This document shows, piece by piece, positions 1-13,300 of a stretch of 64,000 nt of DNA. The stretch is taken from positions 15,190,001-15,254,000 of the forward strand of contig JBHGNT010000011.1 of assembly GCA_043228905.1 (NCBI GenBank), read 5' to 3'. How positions within the stretch are numbered: position 1 is the stretch's first letter; each line of letters starts with the position of its first letter. The notes below the pieces were generated by a model, which was not told the DNA's origin, ran no database searches, and saw only the letters and a program-made list of their open reading frames with translations. This stretch comes from Azolla caroliniana. Lineage: Eukaryota > Plantae > Polypodiophyta. The position numbers were made by a program, and so were the translations under genes.

Positions 1-379
1 AATTTACGGATTATGTACCGACATTTATGCAAGTATTTCTAGATGACTTTACTTCTCATGCAAAAGCATGTGCGCGTCACCCTTTCTTTGGTGTGTGTCT
101 TCTTACTTTCTTTGATGGGCGTCCACATTCTTTCCTTTGTGGGTGTCTTCACTTTATCTGTGACTAGTGCCTTCTTCGTGAGTGTCTTCTTTGTCATCTT
201 TCTAGTCCTCACTCTTCTCCTAAAAAAGCTTCCATAAAATAATATTAACTCCCTCTTCGTGCATGTCTAGACAACAGTACTAAGTCAACAAGAACAACAA
301 CTTTTCAACATAACAATACTAAGTCAAGCACCCCCCCTTTCCAACAAGAAGAAGAAGCAAAGAATATTCAAGCATAGGT

Positions 380-1064
380 CTACATGTTCAAGATTCAAGC
401 ATAACTCAACCCTCAAATGAACACTTCATAAAAACAACAAGAACAAGAACATGACATAATAGTTTGGTCCAAGAAAAACAAATCATAACATGTCATCACA
501 AAATTACTAAATCTCGACTCGCAAATGAACATTGAGAAAAACAATTGCAGCAACATCAACAAAAACAACAAGAACATGACATAATAGTCCAGATCAAGAA
601 CAAAACACTTCTTGGACATGTCATCACAGCAGTATGAAATGAGGCACCCCTTTTCCGAACCTGAACAAGTACAAGATTCAATCTAGCTACATATATAGGG
701 TTTCATATCTCGACTCTCGGATGAACACTGGAGAAAACAAGAACAAGAACAAGAACAATAGATAGAACGAAGTGCAATCTTGAACAACAACAAACATACT
801 AAACAAGAACATGTTGAGGAACATAACATATACATAGCATCATATCATCATAGCACCCCCTTTCCATATGTCAACATGTACAAGAATCAACCATATACAT
901 GTACAAGACTCTCAAATGAACACATTTGAAAAACAAGACAACAAACATGGTCAACAAGAGCATGTTGAGGAAGATAAAATATAAATAGCATTATGATATC
1001 ATCATAACACCCCCTTACCATATGTGAACATGTACAAGACTCGAGCATATTTCTGTACAAGAAT
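380..1064. repeat. Degenerate A/C-rich tandem repeat, units ~110-200 bp (duplicated at 2480-3164)
   Basis: Recurrent CTC(A)AATGAACAC at ~412, 519, 715, 911 with AACAAGAACATG and TAGCACCCCC motifs. Confidence 0.7.
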
Positions 1065-1498
1065 TGTTGAGCGGCAAGCTCAACTGGATGCGGGTCGGCT
1101 GGATAAGCTTGAGCCGGATCGGCATCCAGAAGGATGAAGCCGAATCGGTGAGACAGAGAGACCAGAACCTCAAAACTATATTCAAAAACGATAAAAACAC
1201 TCTGTCACTACAACTGTGCTCAGTAGCACTATTTATACAAGTACTCGTGGGACTGACAGAAGTACCACATACTTCAATGCTCACACGAGCATCTGACACT
1301 TACTACGAGACTATAACTGCCTAGTAGTCTAAACTAATACTAGGCTTCTGGTTACCGATTGGATCCGGCTAACCAGCTCCCTAGCTCATCGGCTCTATTG
1401 CTTGCCGGCTCGGTTGCTCACCGGCTTACCGATCCGTCTCGCTCACCGGCTCAGGCTTATCCAGCCAATCCGGCTCCAGTTGAGCTTGCTGCTCAACA
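1065..1498. mobile_element. Head-to-head chimera of two Copia-1/2-family LTR fragments
   Basis: 1065-~1154 matches the start of the Copia-1 LTR (TGTTGAGCGGCAAGCTCAAC); ~1155-1498 matches the same family LTR on the minus strand (cf. 14090-14423), ending GCTTGCTGCTCAACA. Confidence 0.85.
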
Positions 1499-1499
1499 A

Positions 1500-2152
1500 C
1501 AATGATACAGAGCCGAAAACATTGCTAATAGCAAAAGAGGTGTAGTCGGCCGACAAGACAAGGCTCACCGAACTATTACTTCAATACAGAGATGCGTTTG
1601 CATGTTCGTTCAAAGATATGAAGGGACTAGATCCGGCCTTCTATCAGCATTAGATTAATCTACACAAAGATGCAAAGCTAGTACAACAATGGCGGTATTG
1701 CCTAAATCCGAATTATGTAGTAAAGGTCAAGAGGAAATCAAAAAATTGTTGTGAGTTAGCTTTATACGACTGGTCAAGAAGGCTACTTGGTTGAGCTCGA
1801 TAGTCGTGATGCCCAAAAAGAATGTCAAGGTTAGGGTGTTTGTGGACTATCGGAAGCTGAATGTTGCAACGGTGACAGATGCATTTCCGTTACCTTTCGT
1901 AGATGGAGTCCTTGATGCAGTGGTTGGCCATGAAATATACAATTTCCTCGATGGATTCACTGGATATAATCAGATTCGGATGCATCTCGACGACCAGGAG
2001 AAAACATCTTTTGTCACCAAATGGGGCGTATTTGTAGCAGTCCTGATGATGTTCGGCCTCAAAACGGCTCCGACTACATTGCAAAGGGTAATTATGGAAA
2101 AATTTACGGATTATGTACCGACATTTATGCAAGTATTTCTAGATGACTTTAC
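1500..2152 (+). pseudogene. Degenerate Ty3/Gypsy non-chromovirus (Athila/Tat-like) reverse transcriptase fragment; tail also at 1-52
   Basis: ORF 1791..2267: VRVFVDYRKLN...DAFPLPF...FLDGFTGYNQI...MMFGLKTAP...FLDDF, truncated right after the catalytic DD; stops upstream. Confidence 0.85.
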
Positions 2153-3247
2153 TTCTCATGCAAAAGCATGTGCGCGTCACCCTTTCTTTGGTGTGTGTCT
2201 TCTTACTTTCTTTGATGGGCGTCCACATTCTTTCCTTTGTGGGTGTCTTCACTTTATCTGTGACTAGTGCCTTCTTCGTGAGTGTCTTCTTTGTCATCTT
2301 TCTAGTCCTCACTCTTCTCCTAAAAAAGCTTCCATAAAATAATATTAACTCCCTCTTCGTGCATGTCTAGACAACAGTACTAAGTCAACAAGAACAACAA
2401 CTTTTCAACATAACAGTACTAAGTCAAGCACCCCCCCTTTCCAACAAGAAGAAGAAGCAAAGAATATTCAAGCATAGGTCTACATGTTCAAGATTCAAGC
2501 ATAACTCAACCCTCAAATGAACACTTCATAAAAACAACAAGAACAAGAACATGACATAATAGTTTGGTCCAAGAAAAACAAATCATAACATGTCATCACA
2601 AAATTACTAAATCTCGACTCGCAAATGAACATTGAGAAAAACAATTGCAGCAACATCAACAAAAACAACAAGAACATGACATAATAGTCCAGATCAAGAA
2701 CAAAACACTTCTTGGACATGTCATCACAGCAGTATGAAATGAGGCACCCCTTTTCCGAACCTGAACAAGTACAAGATTCAATCTAGCTACATATATAGGG
2801 TTTCATATCTCGACTCTCGGATGAACACTGGAGAAAACAAGAACAAGAACAAGAACAATAGATAGAACGAAGTGCAATCTTGAACAACAACAAACATACT
2901 AAACAAGAACATGTTGAGGAACATAACATATACATAGCATCATATCATCATAGCACCCCCTTTCCATATGTCAACATGTACAAGAATCAACCATATACAT
3001 GTACAAGACTCTCAAATGAACACATTTGAAAAACAAGACAACAAACATGGTCAACAAGAGCATGTTGAGGAAGATAAAATATAAATAGCATTATGATATC
3101 ATCATAACACCCCCTTACCATATGTGAACATGTACAAGACTCGAGCATATTTCTGTACAAGAATTGTTGAGCGGCAAGCTCAACTGGATGCGGGTCGGCT
3201 GGATAAGCTTGAGCCGGATCGGCATCCAGAAGGATGAAGCCGAATCG

Positions 3248-6200
3248 TGGGCGTGGTGGACGAGGCGGGTCAGCTCGCAATGGTAGCAACCGGCAAGAGC
3301 AAGACCGAAGGCATAGAGAACGTGCCGACAACACTTCTCGACCCTTCACAAGCAGGGGGAGTCAAGGCGGCGCCGGAGGCCAACAAGCAAAGGCCGACAC
3401 GAAATGTTGGTACTGTGGTAAAAAGGGCCATAGAGAAAGCGAGTGCTGGAAAAAGCGCGCCGATTCGGACAGATCCGGATCTGGCAAGGTCGGCAGAGAG
3501 AACTGGCAATACTCGCACTACGTAGAAGGATCCGGAGGATCCAAAACCGGAAAAGCCGGTAAAGGGCCAGCCTTGGTGATGGAACACGAGGCTAACTCGA
3601 TGAAGAAGACCAATGACGTCTGCACTGCTTTGTTCGGCAAAGGACAGAAGACCGAATCAGACATTGATCTCTGGCACAAGCGGATCGGCCACATCAATTA
3701 TCGAAGGCTTCAAGACTTGCAATCGAAACAAGTCATTTTTGGTTTGCCGAAATTTAGTGGCCGGAAGGCCGAAATTTGTGATGCCTGCCAACTCGGGAAG
3801 CAACACTGGCTTCCATTCCCCACCGAACGAAACCATAGCCGGAACAAGCTCGACCTTATTCATTCAGATGTATGGGGACCGACACAGAACGTTAGTCTTA
3901 GTGGGAGTCGATACTTTGTCTCCTTCATTGACGACTACAGCCGACACACATGGATCTACCTCATTGAGCGGAAGAGCGAAGTCTTCGAGTGTTTCCGGAA
4001 CCTGCAAAGCCTAGTTGAACGGGAAATGGACAGGAAAATCAAGTGCCTGCCGTCGGATGGTGGAAAAGAATATTTTTCCGGTCAAATCAACAGTTATCTA
4101 TAGCAAAAAGGAATTCGGAGAGAGTTTAGCTGCAGATACACACCGGAGCAAAACGGTGTGGCCGAATGGAAGAACCCGTCGATTGTCGACGCGGCAAGGG
4201 CAATGCTAGAGGAGAAGAGCATGCCCCATTTCTATTGGGCGGAGGCGGTCTGGACGACCGTCTATATCCAAAACCGGATCGGTGACAAGGTGTACGCGCA
4301 TGAGCTGTATTTCAGATGCAAGCCGAATTTGAGACACCTTCAGATATTCGGTAGCATTGCATATGTGCATGTGCCGGATGAGAAGCGGAGGAAGTTGGAT
4401 GCAAAGTCAGAGAAATGCATCCTGGTCGATTACTCGCATGAGCAAAAGGGGTATAAGTGTTATAATCCCCGGACGAAGCATGTCCGAGTTAGCCGGGATG
4501 TTGAGTTTGATGAGACGACATCATGGTATGCCTTACCGGCTCTGACTACCAACCCTGACCCGATACCGGAGGATGAGGCTAGTGAGCCTGAACCGGTCTA
4601 GATAGAAGATGAAGACCTCGACACTCTTGAAGAGAGTCCAACCTCATTTCGGTTAAGTGGACCAAATGAGCGGCTGAGTCGGGATGACCAGTCGGATGAG
4701 GAACCGGCGAGTAATGGAGACTCTGTCGTGCTCTCCTCGTGCAAGGAACCGAGAAGACGGTTCACGCGCAAAGAGAAGGGGAAGAAGAAGATGCCGGAAT
4801 ACGAAACCGGAAATGTTGAGTCGGATCGGAGCGAATTCGACTCTGGAAAGGATGAAGGTGGATCTTCGAGAATGAAGTCCGACCTGGCCAAGAAGGGCCT
4901 CAAACCGCCTAGAAGTTACGCCGGTCTTCCCGCCTAAAGAACCCCATTACACGGTATGGGTACAATGAGTACATGGCGCATCACTATGCGTACATGACCA
5001 AGGTGGCAGAAGTGCGTGAGCCGGAGAGCTACGCAGAAGCGGCAAGGGACGCAAATTGGCGTGCCGCTATGGAGGAAGAAATGCGGGCACTTGATGCCAA
5101 CGACACTTGATGCCAATGTAAATTGATCGGATGTAAGTGGGTGTACAAGGTAAAGTACAATGCCGATGGTTCAGTTAACCGGTACAAGGCCCAGTTAGTG
5201 GCGAAGGGATACACACAGACCCACAGAATCCACTACGACGAGACCTTCGCTCCAGTAACGAAGATGACTACGGTTCGTGTGGTGCTGGCGGTTGTTGCGG
5301 CAAGGGGGTGGCATCTTCACCAGATGGATGTGAAGAATGCATTTCTTCAAGGCGATCTTGAAGAAGAGGTCTTTATGATCCAACCCCCCGGTTTCCAGTT
5401 GGGGATGAACAAGTCGGCGGTATGCCGGCTGAAGAAGTCACATTATGGCTTGAAGCAAGCCCCCCGATCTTGGAATGCAAAGATCATGGTCCGGTTGCAT
5501 AAGATGGGGTTTGCAGCCTCCAAGTCTGACTCTTCGTTGTTCATCCGGCAAGGTCCAGATGGTCCGGTTTGCATCTTGTTGTATGTTGATGATCTAGTCA
5601 TCGCCGGACCCGGACTCGATGAAATCAGCCGAGTCAAGTCCCAGCTGTCGGACGCATTTGAGATGAAGGACCTGGGGGACCTTCACTATTTCCTTGGGAT
5701 CGATGTGATCCGAACCCCCGACGACATATTTCTCTCACAAAGACACTATGTGTTAAATATGTTGTACAAGTTTGGCATGACGGAATGCCGCCCGATCTCC
5801 ACACCCCTGGACCGGAACCAGAAACTCCGGACCAGCATGTGATGAGAAATGGTTCCAACAAATTGTCGGAAGCCTTATATATTTGACAATCACCCGACCT
5901 GATATCAGTTATCCGGTCGGCATGATCAGCCAATATATGCAAAAGCCGACTGTGGAGCACCTTCTGTGCGCGCATCGAATTTTGCGATATGTGAGCGGCA
6001 CGAAGGAACGAGGATTGTTATACCGGCATGCTATAACCGTTGCTGACTGGGCCGGCGATGCATTGGATCGCTGATCCACCTCCGCCTATATGTTTTCCCT
6101 TGGTAGTGCGGTTGTTGCATGGAGCAACAAAAAGCAGCTAATAGTGACCCTTTCGAGCACTGAGGCTGAATACCGGGGCGCTACCATTGCCACCTGTGAA

Positions 6201-6512
6201 GCCATTTGGCTTCAACGACTGTTGCAAGACCTGCGGATCGAGGTGCTGACCCCGATCCTAATCTACTGTGACAACATAAGCAGCATGCAGCTCGCCAAGA
6301 ACCCCGTATTCCATGCTCGCACAAAGCACATAGAAGTGCACTACCACTTCGTGCGTGAGCGTGTCCTGAGCGGTGAAGTCGAACTTCGGTATGTTCATAC
6401 GGATCGCCAAGTTGCCGACATCTTCACCAAACCACTCGGATCGGACAAGTTGCAACACTTCACCGAAATGCTTGGTGTTCAACGGAGCGGGCAAAGGCAA
6501 AGAAACTGTTGA
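3248..6512 (+). pseudogene. Copia-1 gag-pol remnant (zinc knuckle, integrase, RT, RNase H; protease deleted)
   Basis: ORFs 3234..4103, 4158..4601, 5123..5842, 5883..6074, 6090..6512 carry successive copia domains. Confidence 0.9.
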
Positions 6513-7092
6513 TTGCGCTGGTGAGGGAAGAACCGACAGAGGGAGAGACAAGAAGAATAAAGGAGCCAAGTCGATAAAGGAAGTTGGCACATCCGAACAA
6601 GTCGGAACAAGCGGCAGCGGCGGCAGAGTCAAGAAGGACAGAGCCGACCGGAAGAAGAAGGCCAAGACCCGGACATGGTCCGATGTGGTGAAGGGCTTGG
6701 AACCAGAAGACGAATAGGGAGCGACCGATTCGGACAAGAGCTAGAACGAGTCGAAGACAGCCGATTCGGTTCAATAGACGGATTTGGAAGAACCGGATCA
6801 ACTGAAGGCCAAGCAGACGAGAAGGTAGCGGAAGTCGACGCCAACACGGAGGATTCGACGGGTCGACAAGCCCCGGAGCCACAACAACGAGGGAGTTGAA
6901 TTGGGCCTATTGAGCAGACAAGCCGACCGAGGAGGTCGAGGTGCACAGAATCAGAAGGATCGCGGCAAACAAGACTGGACCGGATGAGGAGCGCGATCGA
7001 GGCGGAGTGACGCCCGAAGGAACCGGGTGGAAGGACCAGCTGCCATGGAGACTGACACTACGATCCGACCTCAAGTTGAGCTTGAGGGGGAG

Positions 7093-7405
7093 TGTTTAGC
7101 GGCAAGCTCAACCGGATCTGGGTCGGCTGAATAAGCCTGAGCTGGATCGGCATCCGGAAGGATGAAGCTGGATCGGTGAGACGGATCGGCGAGCCGGTTA
7201 GCTGCATCAAACAGTAACCGGAAGCCTAGTAGTAGCCTAGACTACTAGGTAGTTAATAGTATCGTTGTTAGTGTCAGACGCTCGAGTGAACATTGAAGTA
7301 CACCGTACTTCTGTCAGTCCACTTAGGATTGTTATAAATAGTGATGTTGAGCACGTTTTATGTACAGAGAACTATTATTGTTTTGTAATAGAACTTTAAC
7401 GTTCT

Positions 7406-7441
<36 letters not shown>

Positions 7442-7534
7442 GTGTACACTCTGTGTGTTAATCTCTCTCTCTCTCTCTCTATTGCTATCCAGCAAAGCTG
7501 GTTTGTTTGACGCTTCTGCACATAATCTTTTACA
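7093..7534 (+). repeat. Copia-1 3' LTR (442 bp) with TATA (TTATAAATA ~7332) and CT microsatellites
   Basis: Starts TGTTTAGCGGCAAGC after the PPT, ends TTTTACA before the TSD. Confidence 0.9.
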
Positions 7535-7890
7535 AGAATCTCAAATGAACACATTTGAAAAACAATACAAATGAAGAGCAGGAACAACAACAAACATGCT
7601 CAACAAGAACATGTTGCGGAAGATAATATATAAATAACATCATATAATCATATCATGTACAAGACTCAAGCATATTTCTGTACAAGACTCTCAAATGAAC
7701 ACATTTGAAAAACAAGACAAATGAAGAGTAGGAACAACAACAAACATGCTCAACAAGAACATGTTGAGGAAGATAATATATAAATAGCATCATATCATCA
7801 TAGCACCCCCGTACCATATATGAACATGTACAAGTCTCGAGCATATTTTTGTACAAGACTCTCAAATGAGCACATTTGAAAAACCACACA
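7535..7890. repeat. Continuation of the same tandem repeat beyond the Copia-1 insertion
   Basis: TCTCAAATGA(A/G)CACATTTGAAAAAC at ~7540, ~7690, ~7860 (spacings ~150 and ~171); joins 3160 via TSD AGAAT. Confidence 0.8.
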
Positions 7891-8395
7891 GAACAACTAC
7901 AAGAAATTTACAAGCATAATTAACAAGAATATACCTCTTCACGAACAGTTGAAGCTTCTCAATGAATATGCGGTAGAGTGACAAATTATTTGCCAACAAC
8001 TTGTTGCAAATCATGCAACAAAACCTACAATAGGAGGAGACCTGAATGTTGTGTCATTTGAAGAGGTCGTTACATGTTCATTGTAGAGGGGTCACAACAG
8101 AGATGGTGTGGACACAATGAGCAGAGGGGACAGAGCGAGCAAAGAATGCCTGGTACACTGTAGAGGGATCACAACAACAACAAAGAGTAGAGAACGCTTG
8201 TTCGTTGTGGATGGGTCAAAACAACCACAACAAGTAGAGGTGGTGGGGACATAGTGATCAAATGGGACAGGGTGAGCAGGGACTGGCTTGAGGTTGCAGA
8301 CGGGTCAAAGCAAACAGAGAACAAGGTTTTCGCCTTGAGTTGTAGAGGCTGTGAAGCGTCGCTACAACCTAAACACTTGTGAATGCAGGAGAATT

Positions 8396-8398
<3 letters not shown>

Positions 8399-8436
<38 letters not shown>
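8399..8436. repeat. (GA)n microsatellite
   Basis: Uninterrupted GA run. Confidence 0.95.
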
Positions 8437-8438
<2 letters not shown>

Positions 8439-8764
8439 CACTCACTATCAATTCAAGAGATTTAACAATATGCACCTTCAACCGCAACTGGAATTGATTA
8501 CACAAGGGACACTTGGACAGAGACATAACACTGGAAGGATGTGTGGATTTATTGTTATTTTAAAACTTGAATGCATTGGATGTGACTTTTATTTTTTTAA
8601 TAAGTGATGATCAACTTTTAAGTCACTTTTATTGGATTTATTTGAAATTATAGTGTTTTTTCTACTCATCGAAATAGTACTAAAATTTTGGCCAAAAGTT
8701 GGTACACCGTAGTTTTCACCCGTATTTAGATTATATATTCTATATGTTTTACATATAGACGTAA

Positions 8765-8886
8765 CATTACAATGGTTAAGGATTTGACACATATATAACA
8801 AGGTTGTGGGTTCAAATCCTTTTGAGGCATCATGTGAGTGTCATCATGACAAGGCATCATCATTATGTGAGTGGCATCATGATACA
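8765..8886 (+). other. Orphan tRNA-derived A-box/B-box module resembling the chromovirus LTR end (decayed LTR or SINE-like head)
   Basis: CATTACAATGG 8765-75 and GGTTCAAATCC 8809-19 (44-nt spacing), followed by TCATGACA-like motifs similar to the reverse complement of the Chromo-3 LTR start. Confidence 0.5.
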
Positions 8887-10089
8887 GAGATCCTTTCCTT
8901 GGAAGACACTTAATGTGTAAAGTAAGACCTCTCCAAGTATGGAAGGCAACCTTGACAAGACATCTGCCACAAAGCTCGATCGACAAGACAAGGGTGAAAT
9001 GTGGTGCAACGGATGAGAGGAAAATCCATTTGATGACTCAGTCAACTTGTTTGGCACAATTAAGGATCCACAAACAACATTATTGAATTTCCCAATATGT
9101 GTTAGTTGGATTGACCGCTAGGAATCGAAGTCATCAAATGGATAGAGTTGAGGTGTGTGTTCCATTAGCACCATTGCACAAAACAAATGAGTCATCAATG
9201 GGAATGAACTTAGAGAGGGGAATGAGAATTCGAAAGCTCAATCCCAATTCCAATGAAGAGGATGCGGAAAATTGCTCCAATAGTCTACCAACTGGCTAGC
9301 TAACCAAGCTCAACACAAAAAGCCATAGTAGAGAAGAAAATGGAAGCTCATCAAATGTCAAGGCTTTGTTTTGTTAGAGTAAATAATGGAATGTACCTAG
9401 CTATTACCAAAGGAGAATAGGGGGTTTTCGTACAACTAAGATGATATTTAGTACTCCTAGAATTTATAAACATCTTTGATCTGAGCTACATGGTTTGCCA
9501 ACTTTGCAATGCTTGATCGCATATTTCCTGGTGTCTTCAATATGAGGTCAATTAGACATTTCAGAAAATGGGTGCCTTATCGAAATAATTACAAAAATTG
9601 TTTACCATAAGCTAATTTACATGCATGACTGGATGACAAAGAGGGTTTCAAAAGAGAATGGGGAAACATAAAACCCACAACATGGTGGCAGTGTATGATA
9701 GCGATGGGTTTACAATCCCCATGTTTAGAGTTAAGATGTTTGTCTAGAGCCTTATGGTTGGGGGTTTACCCATAGGATGTAAAAAGTGGAATATTATTCA
9801 ATGGGTGGAATGTGTTTCTTTTGCAAAGTGTCACTACAACATAGTAGGCATCAATTTATTAGTTTCTCACTCGTAAGGTATATTTGGACGTATACTTCTT
9901 CAATATGGGCTTCTATAGCTAGAATTTCAAAACCTCTATTCCAATGGATATTCTCACAAGTCGATTAAGGTCTCTCTTCTTCCCACTTTTGAATAGTTTT
10001 GTAGGTTCTCAATGCTATGATATGTTCTATGTATGCCTATTAAACACTTTTGTATTTGAGGCACATTTTGTGATGTAAAGAATATTGAC

Positions 10090-10394
10090 AAATTGAAAGC
10101 TAGGTTACTTTGGGATTGGTAATGACAAAAGTCACGCAAGGGCAAAGGTTTCTTGGTCCACGATTTTTAAACTGTTGGATCAGGGAGGATTAGGAATTGT
10201 TGATCCATTACGACAATCAAACACTTTGCTTGTAAAATTGGTGATTAGGGGACCATTACCAATACCAATACCATGGAAACAATTATTATACAAATTGCAA
10301 AAGTTTAGTCCAAAATTGGTGGAGAGTGGAAGCCCAATTTTCGATGGAGTTTTATGGAAGACAAGAAGTTGGCTATTTCCACAAAATGGGAAGA
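10090..10394 (+). pseudogene. L1-type LINE ORF2 remnant (region C-terminal to RT)
   Basis: Reads approximately LW...KVSWSTIFKLLDQGGLGIVDP...LLVKLVIRG..PWKQLL, matching the plant LINE 'VAW....K..GGLG' motif; interrupted by the Chromo-1 LTR. Confidence 0.55.
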
Positions 10395-13300
10395 TGTCAG
10401 AACCAAGAGAGAAGATAAAGTGATAGAAGAAAGATATAAAGAGATCACAAGAAGAGGAATGAAATGATAAGAGAAGAATGAATGTATTAAAGTAGAATAA
10501 GAATTGATACAAGATAAGCGATGAGAGCTTAAGACTGGGTTTGAGAAAAATTGTATGTCCATATTTATAGGTTCCTATAGAATAACCTAGTGATTTCTAT
10601 AATGTTCTAGAATGTTCTAGACCTAGAATATTGTAAGATGTTCTAGAACATTTACAATAATCAGTCTATTACAAGAAGTAGCTTTTATTATTTCATATAA
10701 TCATATGCTATTTTAATGGTTAGGTTCTTTATTATGTATTACAAGGTCTTAGGTTCAAGCCCAAGTGAAGCCACATAATGTTCACGAATTCATGACACTA
10801 TCCCTTCTTTGAAAACGACGAGTGGAAGGAGTTGTTAACAATGCAGGGCCGGGTTTGTTGGGATAGCGATGATGGAAGTCGTCAATAAGAGCTTGAGCAT
10901 TACAAACATTATCGACGGGTTCCCATGTGCGATCACTCGGAGTGTACTCAGAGTGTAGCCTAGCCAATCAACTAGATAATACAACTTATTGCGCACAATC
11001 TTTGAATCAAGAATGGAGGCTACCTCGTACTCTGGGCCATCAGCAAGTTGGAGAGGAGGCGGTGGCGGCACGACACGATTGGGAATCAAGTTGGTGTGGT
11101 AAGGTTCCAAAAGAGAGCTGTGAAAGAACAAGACGGAATGTTGCAGGAAGATCAAGACGGAATGTTGCATCATTAATCCGCTTCGTGATGACAAAAGGAC
11201 CCAAGCGTTTATAATCTAGTTTATCACACGATCGAGTAGTCTTTATGTGACGGGCGTAACAACCATACCCGATCACCAACCTTGAATGGAGACGGAAGAC
11301 GATGTCGATCTGCATGGGCCTTATGTTGGGCTTGAGCTTTCTGAAGATATGAAGACAACTTAGACTGAAGGTGTTGTAGTCGATGGAGGTGTTGCTCTGC
11401 ACTAGGGTTTGGTGAGATCACTGGAATGTCCAAGAGACACCATCGAGGATGGTTGCCAGTATAGGCATAGAAAGGTGTGACCTTGGTAGAAGATTGTATG
11501 GTGTTATTGTATGTAAACTCTGCGAGATGCAATATATGACTCCAATCATCTTGTTGATAACTGATGAAACATCGAAGATACTACTCAAGTGTTTGATTTG
11601 TGCGCTTTGTTTGGCCATCAGTTTTGGGATGATATGTTGAAGAGAGTTTGCAAGAGATTCGGAGCCTGTCACATAGGTGGTTCCAAAAGTGAGAGATAAA
11701 TTGCAGTCCACGATCACTAATTATGTCGTTGGGAAGACCATGATGGCGAAATACTTCACACATAATGATATCTGTTGTTTCTTGACTACTGATGCTTTTT
11801 ACGTAGGGTAGAAAATGTGCCATCTTGGTAAATCGATCCACTACAGTTAAAATAGCATCAAAACCTTGTGAAGGTGGCAGATCAATAATGAAATCCATAG
11901 TAATTGACTGCCATGGCTTGCTCGGAGTCAGCAATGGTTGTAACAACCCATAAGGATGATGCCTAGGAATTTTAGCTCGACAACATGTGTCACATGTGCG
12001 AACATAATCTTCAACGAATTGTTGTAAATGAGGCCACCAAAATGATCCCTTCACTAGCTCCATGGTCTTGGCAATACCAAAGTGTTTGGCCATATGGGCA
12101 TCATGACAGTGCTCCAACACTCGAAGGCGTGGTGATCCATTAGGGACATAAAGTAGATTCTTGTAGAAAAGTAAGTTATCTTGCCACTTGAACTCCTTAT
12201 AGCGTAGAGATGTCCCTGGCAATGTGGAGCAAAATGCATGATTTGGACCAAGGCGGGCGAAGACATCATTAGCAAAATCATTAGAGTTAAGTTATTGTCG
12301 AATAGTATCAAGAAGACTTGAATCCAATGGCGTGGCACAAACCGTGGTTGCTTGTAGCTTTGCTAGACCAAGGAGAACTTGCTTTTGATTGTCGAAAGTT
12401 GGATCTCTAGGGCGAAGTGCCAAATACGAGCGTCGAGATAGAGCATCTGCTTGCCCTTGTTGGTTCCCTAGGCAGAAAATTATCTTGAAATCAAAACGAG
12501 TTAAACATTGCGCCCACCGTGCTGGTCGCCTATTTAGCACTCGAGCCGTTTGAAAATATGTAAGATTTTTGTGGTCACTATAAATGATGATTTGATGAGG
12601 CGAACCTTCAAGGAAATGTCGCCACTGCGCAAAAGAGTCGACCATAGTTAGTAACTCTTTGTCATGCACCTCGTAGTTGATCTCCGCAACATTAAACTTT
12701 CTTGAGTGAAACGCGACTAGATGTAAGTGCCCATCTTCACCTAGTTGTGATAGGATGCTCCCCAATGCAAAGTCGGAGGCATCTACCTCAATGATAAATG
12801 ACTTTTCTGGATCAACATGAGCTAAGACAGGAGCTGATGTGAATGCCTCTTTCAACTAAGTAAAGGCTTTGTCTACTTCAGGAGTCCAAACAAATGCTTG
12901 ATTTTTCTTGGTGAGTTGAGTAAGCTACAATACAATCTTCGAATAATTCCATATGAATTTGTGGTAGAAGTTGGCAAATCCAAGGAAACACTGGACATCG
13001 CGGACGGAACTTGGAGTATGCCATTCCAATACTGTTTGAACTTTTGTTGGATCCATGAAGATACCTTTGGATGAAGTGGTATAACCCAAGAACTCAACTT
13101 CTTTGCAATCAAAACTACACTTCTCTAGTTTGGCATAAAGATCATACTCTCTTAAGTGTTGGAGTACTTTCCGGACATGTATATCATGCTTCGCTTGTGT
13201 TCTAGAGTAAATCAATAGATCATCTAAATAGATGATAAGAAAGATATCTAGAAAATCTCGGAAAATGTCTTTTGCCATATGTTGAAACACGACAGGAGCA

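Larger units (their letters stand above)
1..3247. repeat. 2100-bp-period tandem segmental duplication (1-1147 repeated at 2101-3247)
   Basis: Sequence from 1 is repeated from 2101 through ...aagccgaatcg (1147/3247); I saw one substitution (316 a vs 2416 g). ORF track duplicates 43..237/2143..2337 and 413..619/2513..2719. The first copy probably starts upstream of the window. Confidence 0.95.
3165..7534 (+). mobile_element. Copia-1: internally deleted Ty1/Copia LTR retrotransposon
   Basis: TSD AGAAT (3160-64, 7535-39); 5' LTR truncated at ~3247 and fused to gag; 3' LTR 7093-7534 (TG...CA) after PPT GAGGGGGAG; CCHC knuckle CWYCGKKGHRESEC, integrase (HSDVWGP), RT (YVDD), RNase H in copia order; stops and frameshifts. 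Confidence 0.95.

Noticed and set aside
43-619. Small hydrophobic ORFs (and duplicates at 2143-2719)
   Set aside because: Products of T-rich low-complexity and satellite sequence.
380-1064. CRISPR-like array
   Set aside because: Degenerate tandem units without unique spacers, eukaryotic context, no cas genes.
8890-10090. Possible host gene or LINE ORF1/RT in the AT-rich interval
   Set aside because: Only short ORFs with no motif I can recognise; left unannotated.
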